Positions 51,928 to 64,000 of a stretch of 64,000 nucleotides of DNA are shown here, one piece after another (positions within the stretch are counted from its first letter, which is position 1; each line of letters starts with the position of its first letter). A program made the position numbers and the translations under genes. Origin of the DNA: Patellaria atrata CBS 101060 (taxonomy: Eukaryota); NCBI GenBank assembly GCA_010093705.1, contig MU006091.1, forward strand, positions 930,001 through 994,000, in the 5' to 3' direction. Below the pieces are notes generated by a model. The model saw only the letters and a program-made list of their open reading frames with translations, was not told the origin of the DNA and did not search any database.

Positions 51928-54022
51928 TTATTGCAATTCGACCAAAGGAGGGCCTTGAGTTGTTGACTGAGTAGCATTCTGAAGTCCAGGAGTTGTGGGC
52001 TTAAAGAATGAGGTGATCTGACCATGGGAAGAATGTTGTGGCTTTGGAGATACTGCCGAGATGCCATTGGGTACTTCGTTCGTTCTAGTCGGAATCTGAA
52101 CGATTCCGTTGAGGGTAGGCGAGTGCTCTCTTCCACCCTCTGGTTGTAAGATGATGTTATCGGAGGCTCCAGATGGAGACTCGGTTTTGGTAATAGTGTT
52201 GACTTGGGGGGCTCTCTTACGATAACAGAGGGTGACAATGAGGCTTCCCTTCCCGGGTTCTTCTTCGAATATCTCCCCGTTCGAATCTTCGTCATCCTTG
52301 TCTTCGTCGTCCGCGGCATCATCTCGCTCGTCTTCATCGTCTCCGCCGTCCCACTCACCCCCACTTGAAGTCGCCTCTTCCTCATCGTCCATTTCGTCTA
52401 CAGAGTTGTATGTATCAATATGCTTGCGTGATTTTGCATACCCGTTCGTGGGGACGTATGGGCCACCTGAGCGCGTTGCTCTCCCACCAGACCGTACTGG
52501 ACCCTCTGATCCATCTGAGCGTTCGTATTCACCAGATGGGCCAGGGGAGAGACCTTCCGCTGCTTGCCCACTTAAAAGACTCTCTCCATATAGACCCCCA
52601 ACTCTGGACCTCACTTGCCGGCCACTAGCGGTAACCGTGGGCTTGAGACCATCAGAAGGGGTTACTCGACCGGATTGTCGTGTAGATCGTCGAGCAGAAG
52701 TGGCATCAGATCCTTCATCTTCCTCGTCAGAGAAGGTATATCTCATTCTCTTTCCTCGCGTACGACCCTCGTACAGCGAAAAGCCTGGATCTGGCCGAGT
52801 AAACTGAGCTTTGCGCGCAAGACGATACTCCCGACGCTTTCGTTTCTAGACGCGAAACGATTAGTACTATAGTCACTATGTTTTGATTCACAGCTGTAGC
52901 ATACCTCTTCAGTAGCTTCGAACCTTGGTATCGCATTTATGATTTGCTGACTTAACCTGCGTCCTGCTTGCGATCCGTCTTCAGCTAATTTTTGAGCGAC
53001 AACCCTCAGCTCTTCAATATTACCCGCCATACTCCGCCATGTGTGCTTGACGAGAGCAGGATTGCTTTCGCGATACAGTCGGAAATTTGTATCGTCTTGG
53101 CCCTCAATAAGCCAATAACGCCGCTTGTCACCGTCCGTGCCCCAAGGTTGTACCGACAATGGCTGATTGAGGTCCTGCTCTTTTCGTGCCTGTTTGTATG
53201 ACTCCTTAATGATAGCCGAGATAGCTTCGGAGCTGTGAAGCGACCAAATGACGAGGGTCTTAAGAAGTATGAGCTGAAGATACGAGGTTAGTTTAGGACG
53301 AGTAGAAGTACTCTTGTGATGTGAAATGCTTACTCTCTCCTGGGGATTCATCGTTTTGAAAGAGTTGTTCCCATGCAGAGGATTAATTCCATTCCAAGCC
53401 CTCGGCCACTGGTGCTTTTGGGTTTGAATAGCTTCCTCGAGAGCGCGGGTATACTGTCCTCTCCTAGAAGAACTCCGCATCAGCTCATGACCCTTGCGAT
53501 TAAACAAATAGTTCGTCATATTATACTACTGCGCATGATGGGAGGATATACTAACTCGATAGGCTTTTTCCGGTTGAGGACTAGGGATAGTAGTGCGCAA
53601 AGCAAACTGTCGACGAGTGGGGACGGTAGAGGGTCGACAATTCCTTTCTCAATATCTTGAGGACCTAGGTGAGACATCTTCGCAGGGAATGCTTCGTTGA
53701 AACGGGATCTGAACATAACAATAACCTAGAACAAGCAAAGCGCATCAGTATAGTTTGCGGAAATCGCAGGGCGCGCCACAGCAATAAGAGCGCGATAGGA
53801 AACGTGATTCACGCGTCCTTGACTTACTGCAATATCTGGATTATCTGCAAGAACTTCCTCATGAGGTGGAGACGCGGGGCGCTTCTTGCGAATGGGAGAC
53901 TTTTCTATAGCTGGGGCGGGAGATTCGAGTTCGAGGTCTGAGAGTGAGCCATCATGATTAAGATCGTCCAAAAGCTCTTCAGCCGATGATAAAGGAGAAG
54001 AGAGCGCTGAAGAGTCAGACAT
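51928..54022 (-). CDS. WHIM-motif chromatin protein (possible ISWI accessory subunit)
   Basis: Multi-exon: PPHEEVLADNPDIA|FIVMFRSRF...LLCALLSLVLNRKKPIE|RGQYTRALEEA...ER|LILLKTLVIWSL...QPWGTDGDKRRYWLI, then an acidic/basic disordered tail. Confidence 0.7.
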
Positions 54023-55378
54023 GGTGGTCTCTTTTGTGTTGTCGTGGTTGTGGATTTGGAAGTTCTGTTAATTTTTGAGGTAGGTCTGGAAATGATGTTG
54101 AAGGAGTAGTGGACATTCGCCAAGACGCGTCCAGCTCTATTATATACCCACTTTCACGTTCATTGGCGGTAAAGCGAGAGCAGAATATGTTTGAAATTGT
54201 TTGTATTATCTATACTTTTGCGAGTTTAAGACTCTTTGTTGATTTTATAACGACGTAAAGCACACTTCGGGTGCAATGCGTATATGCTACATCAACATGT
54301 TGATACCTACCGGCAGAATAGTTCTAGAGACAGAGGTGTGTTATAAAGGTTCAAACAATTAAGCGGAATCTAATGGCAGTATCGAGTGGGACAAGGTGAG
54401 TCCAGTCGGCAGACGCGGGGGGGAGTTGTAAGGGTCTCGTCGCAATATGTCGAAACGCCCGCAAACCTGCTAATATTTGAGACTTGAGCACTATGAAAAG
54501 CGCATCCGCCTAATTCTATGATAACTGGATGGTATTGTCTCTTCCTTGGTCAAGCTAATCTAGCCTACCGTACGCTTAGGCTTAAAATGAACTCGATATC
54601 GATAATATAGACTACCTAAAGCTCGTATGAGGCCATATTTGATCATACGCCGTTGGTGTACAGCAAAACGTACAGTGACTGGAGTATGCCCGACCGCGAC
54701 AAATGAGGGGACAGTAGGTAGATACCGTACCACCCTATGCGATCAACTCAGGAAGAAAATGTCGACAATAACGAGAACGTTGAGCGTAGCGAATCCAAGA
54801 GATTAGTATGCGTGATGTGGTGAAAAAAAACGAAGTCATATAAGACGATAGTTTACCGTACTGCCATGAACAGATAACGAGTGAGGCAAAGTGAGTCACC
54901 CCTTGCCATTTGAGTAAAAGCAAAAACATCAAAGAAGAAAGGAACAGAATACATGACTTAAAGAGAGAAGACTGGTAGCATTACAAAACTGGTGAAAGGA
55001 GTAGAATCATGCATTGTAGAAAAGTAAACAAATTTTGAATGAGAATGAATGACTTCGGACGGAGATAAAGAGAGCCTGGGGTTGCGGAGATTTGATTTAT
55101 TTGTAAAAACCATCGAGCTAGTACGCTTGACTCAGAGAATCACTTACAATTGTGTTGACTTTTACTGTAGCAAGTCTTATTGTACATCGACTGTAAAGCG
55201 ATCTTAGACATTGAGGTCATTTGGTAGGAGGCGTCAGCAGAACACCACTATAGCGTGATCCAAAAGCGGCTAGCGCCCTCAAGTCTTGGCATTAAGCGAA
55301 CACACAGCAGCACCACCGCCCAAAATATCCATAGGACGGCATATTCAAACCCATCTCCAAAGACCAACAACAGCAAAG

Positions 55379-56475
55379 ATGGTGAGTGCCTCATATTTAC
55401 TTTTACGTTAAGAAGGGCAATTATATTTCTCTGGCCCTTGCATATTCAGCTTCAGAGTTCAATGGATTGCTCCAGCTAGATCTATCACACGTCCCAACAT
55501 ATTCTTTGCATCGCTCCACGCGAGACTTACAAACACGGAACTATGCTAACTTTTGACAGGGTCGGGTTATCAGGAATCAGAGGAAGGGGTATGAGATTTA
55601 TCACGCACATTACGGTCAAGACTAACACATTTTCAAGTCGAGGCTCTATCTTCACGGCCCATACCCGCCTCAACAAAGCCCCAGCGAAGTTCCGAACCCT
55701 CGACTACTCAGAGAGACATGGCTATATTAGAGGAGTTGTGAAGGATATCATCCACGATCCAGGGCGAGGTGCTCCCCTTGCGAAGGTTGTTTTTCGCGAT
55801 CCGTACCGATTCAGGCTTCATACCGAAACTTTCATCGCAAATGAGGGCATGTACACTGGCCAATTCATCTATGCCGGCAAGCACGCAGCTCTCACTGTCG
55901 GAAACGTTCTTCCTCTCGGATCAGTGCCCGAAGGTACCGTCGTCTCCAACGTCGAAGAGAAGATAGGCGATCGTGGTGCGATTGGTAGAACTTCTGGAAA
56001 TTATGTGACTGTCATTGGCCACAACCCCGATGAGGGAAAGACTAGAATCAAACTTCCCAGTGGAGCCAAGAAGGTGGTTAAGAGCTCAGTTCGTGGAATG
56101 GTCGGCATCGTCGCCGGCGGTGGAAGGACGGACAAGCCTCTATTGAGTACGACGAGACACGACCTTTCTATAGTCCGCCAGTGTCACTAACAATCATACA
56201 GAAGCATCCCGTGCTAAGCATAAGTTCGCAGTCAAGCGCAACTCATGGCCCAAGACTCGTGGTGTTGCTATGAACCCTGTTGACCATGTAAGTCAATTGT
56301 TCCGCGTTACTCTCGAATACTACTGATTTGTCTCTAGCCCCACGGTGGTGGTAATCATCAACATATTGGTAAAGCTTCCACTATCTCCCGCTACGCTGCA
56401 CAAGGTCAAAAGGCAGGTCTCATCGCTGCAAGGAGGACCGGTCTTCTCCGTGGTACTCAAAAGACGAAAGACTAA
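55379..56475 (+). CDS. RPL2: 60S ribosomal protein uL2 (L2/L8)
   Basis: [80 protein letters not shown]; first exon is ATGG; four introns. Confidence 0.97.
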
Positions 56476-56926
56476 GGCGTTGTCGGCGGATTTGCATGGG
56501 TATTGGTGTTCTAGCGATCTGGCCCGTTATTTGTTTCAAGGGACCATGAATTGCTTTTTCTTGTGCTTAAAGAATAAAATCATGATGCACATGGATGTGA
56601 ACCTTTTCCCTGCAGTGTAGAGCTTAAATCGTCGTAAACCACGTCCTCATTAAGGAATCCGAGTAACCAATCGGTCTATTCGATTTTGTAAAGTAATGAG
56701 CGGGATGGGACGAATAAGAATAAGAGATAAGATTCCTCTGACTTTGTCTCCAGTATGAGTGCAATTGCGATTATTGTAAGGTACTATTAAATGGGTCAGA
56801 TTCGGTCGTCGGATTAACAGATCCACGCTAACCTAAAACCGACATTTACGCGACAGAACACACTCATTCCGCCAAAACCCAACCTTAGAGATTCCTAACT
56901 TTTCACACAGGACAAATACCATCAAC

Positions 56927-57641
56927 ATGGCGCCGAAGGATAGCAAGAAGGGTACGTCCAGTTTGGAATCTACATTTAAGTACCAATTGCTAATCTAACA
57001 TTATTTAGCAGACACAAAGAAGGGTACGCTCAACTGCGCAGCAATCGAAATTCCGTCGCTAACATTCTTTCTACAACAGGTGCCTCAAAGGGCAAACCCT
57101 CAGCTAAAGCCAACCAGGCTGCTAAAGCGGCTCTTCGCGGTGTAAGCCCAACTTGATGGACATATAGTGGCGTGTCAGAACTCCATCTCTGACGGCCTTT
57201 GATTAGGTCAACTCGCACAAGGTCCGCAAGGTCCGTCTATCGACGACCTTCCACAGGCCCAAGACCCTCATTCTCTCCCGCGCGCCGAAATATCCTCGCA
57301 AGTCGGTACCTCATGAGCCCCGTCTCGATCAACACAAGATCATTATCCACCCTCTCAATACCGAGAGTGCGATGAAGAAGATCGAGGAGCACAATACCTT
57401 AGTTTTCATTGTTGACGTCAAGGTACGGCGCATTTCCAGTGTATAGGCTGACGCGGCATACTGAAAAATTCACCAGGCCAACAAGAGACAGATCAAGGAA
57501 GCGCTCAAGAAGCTATACGACGTTGAAACAGTCAAGATCAACACTCTTATCCGACCCGACGGCACGAAGAAGGCATTTGCACGACTAACACCGGATGTCG
57601 ATGCACTAGATATTGCGGCCACGAAACTATCTATTGTATAG
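56927..57641 (+). CDS. RPL25: 60S ribosomal protein uL23 (L25/L23a)
   Basis: [75 protein letters not shown]; four introns including a 15-nt micro-exon. Confidence 0.96.
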
Positions 57642-58615
57642 ATAAAATTGGGTATTGGGGTTAGCGACGGTGGTGGAAACATCTGCATAGTTCTATATCA
57701 GAACCAGGTCCGAGTTATGAACATCAATGTGATATCAAAATGAACAGGCCGGAAATTTTCATCGAGTAGTGATGTGATTGTGCTCAGAACTGTGTATGAA
57801 CAGACCGATATGGTACATTTTATACGGAGTATAGTACAAACTTGCGTATTACCCACCTCAACCTCCCATGGCTCTAGGTATGGTCTTGCCCCGTATCAGC
57901 GACGTTTTCCCTCTCTACGTATAGCTCGATCGAGTCCATCTGGAAATAGGGTGGTCTCAGTTCCTGATCCTTAGAAACATGTTCCATAGCCCTCTGTACA
58001 CTTCTTAGCCCTCCCTAGCTCTTCATAGCCATCTATGCCGTCCTCATCTGCTCCAGCTGCCTCATTACGAGATGATTCGCATCCATAAACCTCTCGACGC
58101 AATTTTGCATGCATGGTTCCTCGTATTTGTCTAGCTTGCCAGCCGAGATCTTACTCGTGATGCACTTTTTGAAGCACATGTCTGTGAGGTTGTGTATATC
58201 TGCAACAACTATGAGCTTCCGTGAAGAAGAGTAGCTGGAATATAGATATCATCTGAAAACATACTGCCTTGTATTCTAGCCTTCTGCGACTCATTCACGA
58301 CGAATTGTTGAAGCTCCTGCTTGTCTTTGTCGTTGAGCTTGCTGAGGTCGATATTGCCGGCTGAGGGATTGACAGAGTCCATGATGAGGTTGCGAGCTTT
58401 TTACGGGCAAGGTAGTTGAGTATTACTGATTCGTAGAATTCCGCACACGTGATAGTACTGAATTGCGATGCTGAAATCAGAAAAAGGTGTTCAGCGTACA
58501 CCGAACAGTATAGGATGTTCATCAAATGTTCTGCCAAGGCGCCTTCCGCGGTTCCCAACTTCGCACCCCTGACAAGAAGGAACACCGCAAAACCAATTTG
58601 ACTTCCACTTCAGCA

Positions 58616-59476
58616 ATGGCAGCAAAGAAACGGAAGAAGCATGCACGACCAACGTCGCTATCGTACGGACGCCCTCTCTTCGCCCAGAAGCCCAAAGCTA
58701 CTCTTTCTTCCGACGCGACGAGACATTTAATTCGGACGCACCATACACTACAGAAACAGCTCGCCAAAGCTATAAAGGATGGAGATACAGCTTCCGCTGC
58801 AACTATCGAAGCCCAAATTGAACAACAAGGTGGGCTGAAAAGTTATCAACAAGCAAGCATAGAAGGCCAGTCTCCTCGCAGAGGAGGTGACACGTCGAAA
58901 CAGCTGATTGACTGGCTCAAAGAGACCAAGACCATTATCTCAGGTCGTAAAGTGCAGCTCAAAATGCTGGAGATAGGTGCTCTTTCCCCATTCAATGCTT
59001 GCTCTCGAACAGACCTTCTGGACGTTACGCGGATCGACTTACATTCGCAACATCCCAAAATCGAACAACAGGACTTTATGAAGCGTCCGATTCCCAGTTC
59101 AGACGATGATAAGTTTGATATCATATCCTTATCTCTCGTACTGAATTTTGTCCCGGAAGCGATAGCTAGAGGCGAGATGCTGGAACGAACAACGGAGTTT
59201 CTGAGAATATCTACCCGACTAGATATATCCCTTCTACCCTGTCTTTTCCTGGTGCTACCCGCCCCATGCTTGCAGAATTCTAGGTATATGACCGAGGAGC
59301 GGCTGGAAGCTTTGATGTCCTCTTTAGGGTATTCGTGCAAGAAGGCGAAATACACTTCGAAGCTGGCATATTCACTGTGGAAGTTGACCGGCACGGGTGA
59401 CTCCGCGCCTCTCTTCCCCAAGGCGGAGATCAATCCTGGAAAATCACGAAACAATTTCTCAATAGTTCTATGTTGA
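58616..59476 (+). CDS. BMT2: 25S rRNA adenine-N1 methyltransferase Bmt2
   Basis: LIRTHHTLQK, GGLKSYQQASIEGQSPRRGGDTSK, MLEIGAL, VTRIDL, IEQQDFM, FDIISLSLVLNFVP..RGEML, GKSRNNFSIVL. Confidence 0.9.
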   Translation: MAAKKRKKHARPTSLSYGRPLFAQKPKATLSSDATRHLIRTHHTLQKQLAKAIKDGDTASAATIEAQIEQQGGLKSYQQASIEGQSPRRGGDTSKQLIDWLKETKTIISGRKVQLKMLEIGALSPFNACSRTDLLDVTRIDLHSQHPKIEQQDFMKRPIPSSDDDKFDIISLSLVLNFVPEAIARGEMLERTTEFLRISTRLDISLLPCLFLVLPAPCLQNSRYMTEERLEALMSSLGYSCKKAKYTSKLAYSLWKLTGTGDSAPLFPKAEINPGKSRNNFSIVLC

Positions 59477-60959
59477 GCATCAGTGAGGGTCCAAGCTTTG
59501 GAAAGGAACGCATTCGTTCGAGGAATTTCTTATTGCTTCGTAAGCTACGTCTTATTAGTACGTTCAATCATCTCGGTTGGGAAAACTTCGTTCTCAAAGG
59601 TTACCCGAACGTCGCTGTGATATTAACCCACCTCTGGGATCATTTGCAGATTAGCTCGACCAGGTTGTCTTCCTTCCTCAGATCAGTGGACTAGAGTAGC
59701 GAGACGTTTGTTATACCGGTGTTTGACTTGAGGGTTCATGCCGCTTTGTCATTACCGTAAGCTCTTCAGCACCCCACGTCTTCATTCGGATACGGGAGGC
59801 CTGTAGTTTGGGACGAAGTGTGGGGTGCGTATCCAAGGTTTCATCTGGAATGGATAGGTGCTCTTCCAGTACGGTGCGAGGCTTATTCGGCTGATATAGC
59901 GTGAACGTTAGACGACGACATACATTCCGACCGGACATTAATCTCAGAAGATATCGCCAAGGTCATTATCTTAAACAGTTTCCATGTCTACGGCTCCAAC
60001 TGCATGTACCGCCAGCTATTCACATATGAGGTACAGTATCTCTCGGAATTATCGTTCCCCATAATCAACAACTCTCAACTAGTTAGTGAGTGAGATCTTT
60101 CAAAGGATCATGGATTCTAAGTAGAAATAGTTCTACGCGACAAACGGCTCGTATCTAGTACAGAGCAACCATTGTGGCTGCCGATATCTTTATATCTCTC
60201 TGAACAGAAATGAAGTCCGTTTTAGACTTCGCTTATAGCACACCATTCCTAATTCAGCTACTCTGTATAACACAAAGCAGTTTTATTTGCCCTCGCACAT
60301 GGCATCGTACCGACTATCGCTTATTACAAAAGATTTATCTTTTGTATACGGAGCAGTTTCTTCACCGGAGTCGGCGTTTCCGTCAAGGATTTCAAAGATG
60401 AACATATAACTAAACACTTATCTACGGTACTTTATCTACGCTGGTGAACGGTGCAACTAGAACCCCGCACATCGCTTCACAACTGCAACTCTCATCAAAT
60501 GTCATCTACTAGCAGATTTCCCCTAGGTGGAGTTCCACTCGGATGAGTACCCAAAACGGGATGCTACCAGACGCCGATATGCGTCGGTGCAATGAATTCA
60601 TACTACTCCGACGGCCTTGCCGAAGCTTGAGGTTGGTGGATCTTCAGATTTTGCCTCGGCCAAAATGCCACATCAAAACGTCCATCTACTTGATTCTGAA
60701 CGTTTCGATTTCTAAACGTCATTTTACTTGTTTTTATGAAAACACTGCTGGTTTATTTATTGTGTATATACTCCTGTGTCACTCCAGATGGTTCAGTTAC
60801 CATCCATCCAGAGCATAACAATTTACAAGGTATCACTTTCTATACCGATATCTCCTAACAAGGGTTCATAAAGAACTTAACCAAGTTCAGAACAATTTCA
60901 ACTCTTCATCTATCCATTTTCGCTAGTATCTATCCAAAAAAAAATCAAAAAAAATCTCC

Positions 60960-62021
60960 ATGATGTCTGCCCCCAGAACCACTAAACACATCACCCTCGC
61001 TGCGCACCCCAAAGGCCCCGTCAACATCGAAGGTCCCGAGGCAAACTTCACCCTTAAGACCTCTGATCTCCCCTCCTTAAAAGACAATCAAGTCCTCCTT
61101 AAGACAATTTACCTCTCCAACGATCCCGCTCAACGTGGCTGGATAAACTACTACCCGGATCCCTCTCGGCTCTATGCCCCCCCGGTCAAAGTCAACGAAA
61201 CTATGCGCGCCCTCGGTATCGGTGAGGTCCTTGAGTCGAAGTCCGAGAAGTTCCCCGTCGGCACTAAAGTCGCAGCTACCGTTGGGTGGACCGAGTACGC
61301 GGTCCTGGACGCTGCGGCGCTGACACCGCTTCCTGAACTCCCGGGAGGTTTAGGCATTACCCACTATTTGGGCGCGCTTGGTGGGCCCGGTATCACAGCC
61401 TACTACGGCTTGACTGAGATCGCGGAAGCGAAATCGGAGGATGTGGTCGTAGTGTCTGGCGCGGCGGGCGCCACGGGGAGCATGGCGGTACAGGTAGCCG
61501 CGAAGCTAATCGGTTGTAAACGTGTTATTGGCATCGCAGGGTCGGAAGAGAAGTGTCGGTGGGTAGAGTCACTAGGCGCGTATAAGTGCCTCAACTACAA
61601 GTCCCCTACCTTCAAAAAGGACCTCCGCGCCGCGACGGAGGGCTATGTCGACGTCTTCTTCGACAACGTCGGCGGTGAGATCCTCGACCTCATGCTTGCG
61701 CGCATGGCGAAGTTCGGTCGTGTGGCGCTGTGTGGTGCGATTTCGGGTTACAACGCCTCGAGGGAGAATTCGATGGGGTTGAGGAATTATTTTGAGCTCA
61801 TTTCGATGAGGGTCAAGATTCAGGGATTTATTGTTTTCGATTACTTTTCGAGGCGGCAAGAAGCATTGAGTGCATATCGTAAGGCATTACAGGAGGGGAA
61901 GTTGCTGCTGAGTGATATGAATGAGACGGTGGTAGAGACAAAGTTTGAGGATATTCCGAAGACGTGGATCAAGTTGTTTGAAGGAGGGAACACGGGGAAG
62001 TTGGTTACCAAGTTGGTGTGA
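60960..62021 (+). CDS. NADP-dependent oxidoreductase, MDR superfamily (prostaglandin reductase/LTB4DH-like)
   Basis: YLSNDPAQRGW, GITAYYGL, VVVSGAAGATGS, VIGIAGSEEKC, VDVFFDNVGGEILD, CGAISGYN, LFEGGNTGKLV; intronless 353-aa ORF. Confidence 0.92.
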   Translation: MMSAPRTTKHITLAAHPKGPVNIEGPEANFTLKTSDLPSLKDNQVLLKTIYLSNDPAQRGWINYYPDPSRLYAPPVKVNETMRALGIGEVLESKSEKFPVGTKVAATVGWTEYAVLDAAALTPLPELPGGLGITHYLGALGGPGITAYYGLTEIAEAKSEDVVVVSGAAGATGSMAVQVAAKLIGCKRVIGIAGSEEKCRWVESLGAYKCLNYKSPTFKKDLRAATEGYVDVFFDNVGGEILDLMLARMAKFGRVALCGAISGYNASRENSMGLRNYFELISMRVKIQGFIVFDYFSRRQEALSAYRKALQEGKLLLSDMNETVVETKFEDIPKTWIKLFEGGNTGKLVTKLV

Positions 62022-63640
62022 GATAGCGATATTGTCTTTCGGATAGACTTGGGGGAAGAGGACGATGGTGAGTGAAGAGATCACGCTTTTATATCTCTTA
62101 AAGTACTGTTACTGTTCGTACAGTAGGTATCAAGTACGCTTATAAGCGCTCCGTAGGCGCTGGTCTCCTCTGTAGAACGGATTCAGGGACACCTTAGATG
62201 ACTGTGTTTACAGCACCTAAATGAATACATTTGATTTATTCGTACAACTGCGCGTTTCCCATACACCCCATTTTTTCTCCTACGTAAAGTCTTAGACAAC
62301 TTCATAAATCGGCATATAGTAATCAAGGAAGGCCCTAACAGAGGAAGGAATATGATGTCCCTCTACACCCACTCCCCATCTCTACACTCATGTTCCTTTC
62401 CTCCAAGAACCCAAGCCCAAAAGCTGGAACCGATGTGGGTTTTAACTGTTCAAGCAACCGCATATATTATCAGACCAAACAAAGCGGCGATGAAGACGAC
62501 CAGTGCAGCAACTAATGCCGTCATACAGGCGCTCCAGGGGCAAATGGTGTAAGGTTTGACAGCGTGCTATTCCCAGATACTACATACCATTGGTTAAAAA
62601 CACACTTACTGGACGATTGTGTGGTAAGCTTGTCGCGACGGGAGTGATGCTCGTGATTTGGTACGGAGGCTATGGCAAGGTCATCGGCGTAAAGTATCCT
62701 TATCAGCTTTCCACGTCTATAATGTTCGGTGCGCTTGTGGCATAGCTACTACGATATTACGACTTCACAGCATGATGGGGTTCGACGCGTAGTTCCTACT
62801 TTTTAACCCTTTTTGTACGGGGAGTTGAAGCTGCCTTGAAAGCAGGTATACAGGAAGCTGGAAACACTCTGACGAGAAAAGAGATATGTTGAAGTGTTTT
62901 GAGTACTTACCACGGGCCGTAAGGAGGTTGACTATTGCTGAGCGCCCTGTGACACATTGCGGTGGAGATTACAACCCGTCTTTGTCATTACAGTTACGAA
63001 CATAGTTCAAACAACAATGGGGGGAGGGATTCAAATCGAACACAGGAAATTGGATTGAGAGGATAGAAGGAAGATGGAAGAGGAATGCAGATGTTAGATT
63101 TTGGATTTTGTGAACCTGTGTGCATTTTGTGACAAGGAGTGTACCGAATTTTGAATGTGGAGCGCCTTGCTACTTGAGAAGTCCCCCTAGGTTCTGAGAT
63201 ATACCCTCAACATCACCTTCAGACATTCCTGGCTATTGGCTATAGGGTTGACTTGGTTGATTTCCTACCATTTGGGTCGGAGGATGGAAAGACTGGAACT
63301 GTACCCGAACATATGATCACAAGGGATTTCACCAGGACGACTTTGCACGAAGTAGTTGTGTAATGATTGATTATGCTGTAGCTTTTGTATTGGAGGATGA
63401 GTTCCTATTTAAATTGTGTATATGCATGAAATGAGTTGAAGTTCAAGGTGGCTGAATGAGATGATCGGATCAGATGGGGGGCAAATAGGGGTAGACCCTC
63501 CACAGCAAATCTGTCCCTGAGAAGTAGACCAATGGGGCCCAAATTAGGACCAGATGCATAAGATGGCGAATTCACCGCATTGATGGATAGATGAAGCCGT
63601 GCTCGTTCATTCTTCGAGAGATGGTGTAGGCGCATCCAGC

Positions 63641-63841
63641 TTAGGCGGGGAAGGTGCTAAAATAGATGAGCTTCAAGAACAGGAAGAATGAGTACCGGGA
63701 TTGACTTACTCGGAGGCACAGAGGTAGAAGTGCATGTCGTTCGTAGGGCACTCCTTATAGACCGGCCAGTCACAGCTGCTGTCACCGGGCTTGCAGTAGA
63801 CGTCCTTGAATGCACCGCGCTTCCTCCCACACTGGAAGAGA
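63641..63841 (-). CDS. 3' exons of a Cys-rich protein gene; the 5' part lies upstream, probably beyond the window
   Basis: Acceptor CTAAC..CAG, 132-nt exon LFQCGRKRGAFKDVYCKPGDSSCDWPVYKECPTNDMHFYLCAS, GTAAGT intron at 63709-63657, last exon (D)TFPA*. Confidence 0.7.
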
Positions 63842-64000
63842 CTGTTTCATGTTAGAAAGATGTGCTTATTCTTGATTCGGGTGAAGAATGGAAAGTGTGA
63901 TTGAGCTGAAATAGTCCACATCAAAATCCAGAAGATGTCGAGGAGGATGAAGTTGGAGTTCAAAACGAATCTGAAGTATAATTGCTAACGAAACAATGAC

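Noticed and set aside
58526..58615. Upstream in-frame ATG of BMT2
   Set aside because: The 30-aa extension has no convincing targeting character, and ATG 58616 has better context and begins the basic NLS-like N-terminus
62420..62960. Minus-strand stretch with two GTAAGT donors, an ILYADDL peptide (RT-like YADD) and a hydrophobic tail ALVAALVVFIAALFGLIIYAVA*
   Set aside because: I could not build a frame-consistent spliced model with plausible intron sizes, and no other RT motifs surround YADD

Overview
This window is gene-dense nuclear DNA from a filamentous ascomycete (Pezizomycotina), judged from short GT-AG introns with CTRAC/CTRAT branch sites and filamentous-type Ste12 and HapE. There are about 19 intact, mostly housekeeping genes. 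In order: a CRIB-domain protein, RSM10, PNP1, FCF2, HAP5/hapE, cytosolic-type MDH, TRS33, SMI1/KNR4, HTS1, STE12/steA, HIS6, a FAF1-like gene, an STH1/SNF21 ATPase, a WHIM-type protein, RPL2, RPL25, BMT2 and a PTGR-like oxidoreductase. The last is the 3' end of an unannotated Cys-rich gene at the right edge. Mobile DNA comprises a nest of three solo LTRs in an AT-rich island inside the RSM10/PNP1 divergent promoter, and a 5'-truncated LINE abutting a decayed pseudogene. The most interesting signals are RNA-level features the ORF track cannot show. (1) A box C/D snoRNA in FCF2 intron 1 whose guide matches the 25S Am2256 site (snR63/U46 family). (2) A cryptic intron overlapping the MDH stop codon that would change the C-terminus from -QK to a PTS1-like -QKL. 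(3) A skippable 84-nt zinc-finger exon in STE12. (4) A duplicated, frame-neutral micro-exon in RPL25. (5) Dual in-frame starts in HTS1. I cannot support a wholly new multi-gene system. Exon boundaries and family calls were made by eye, without database searches.
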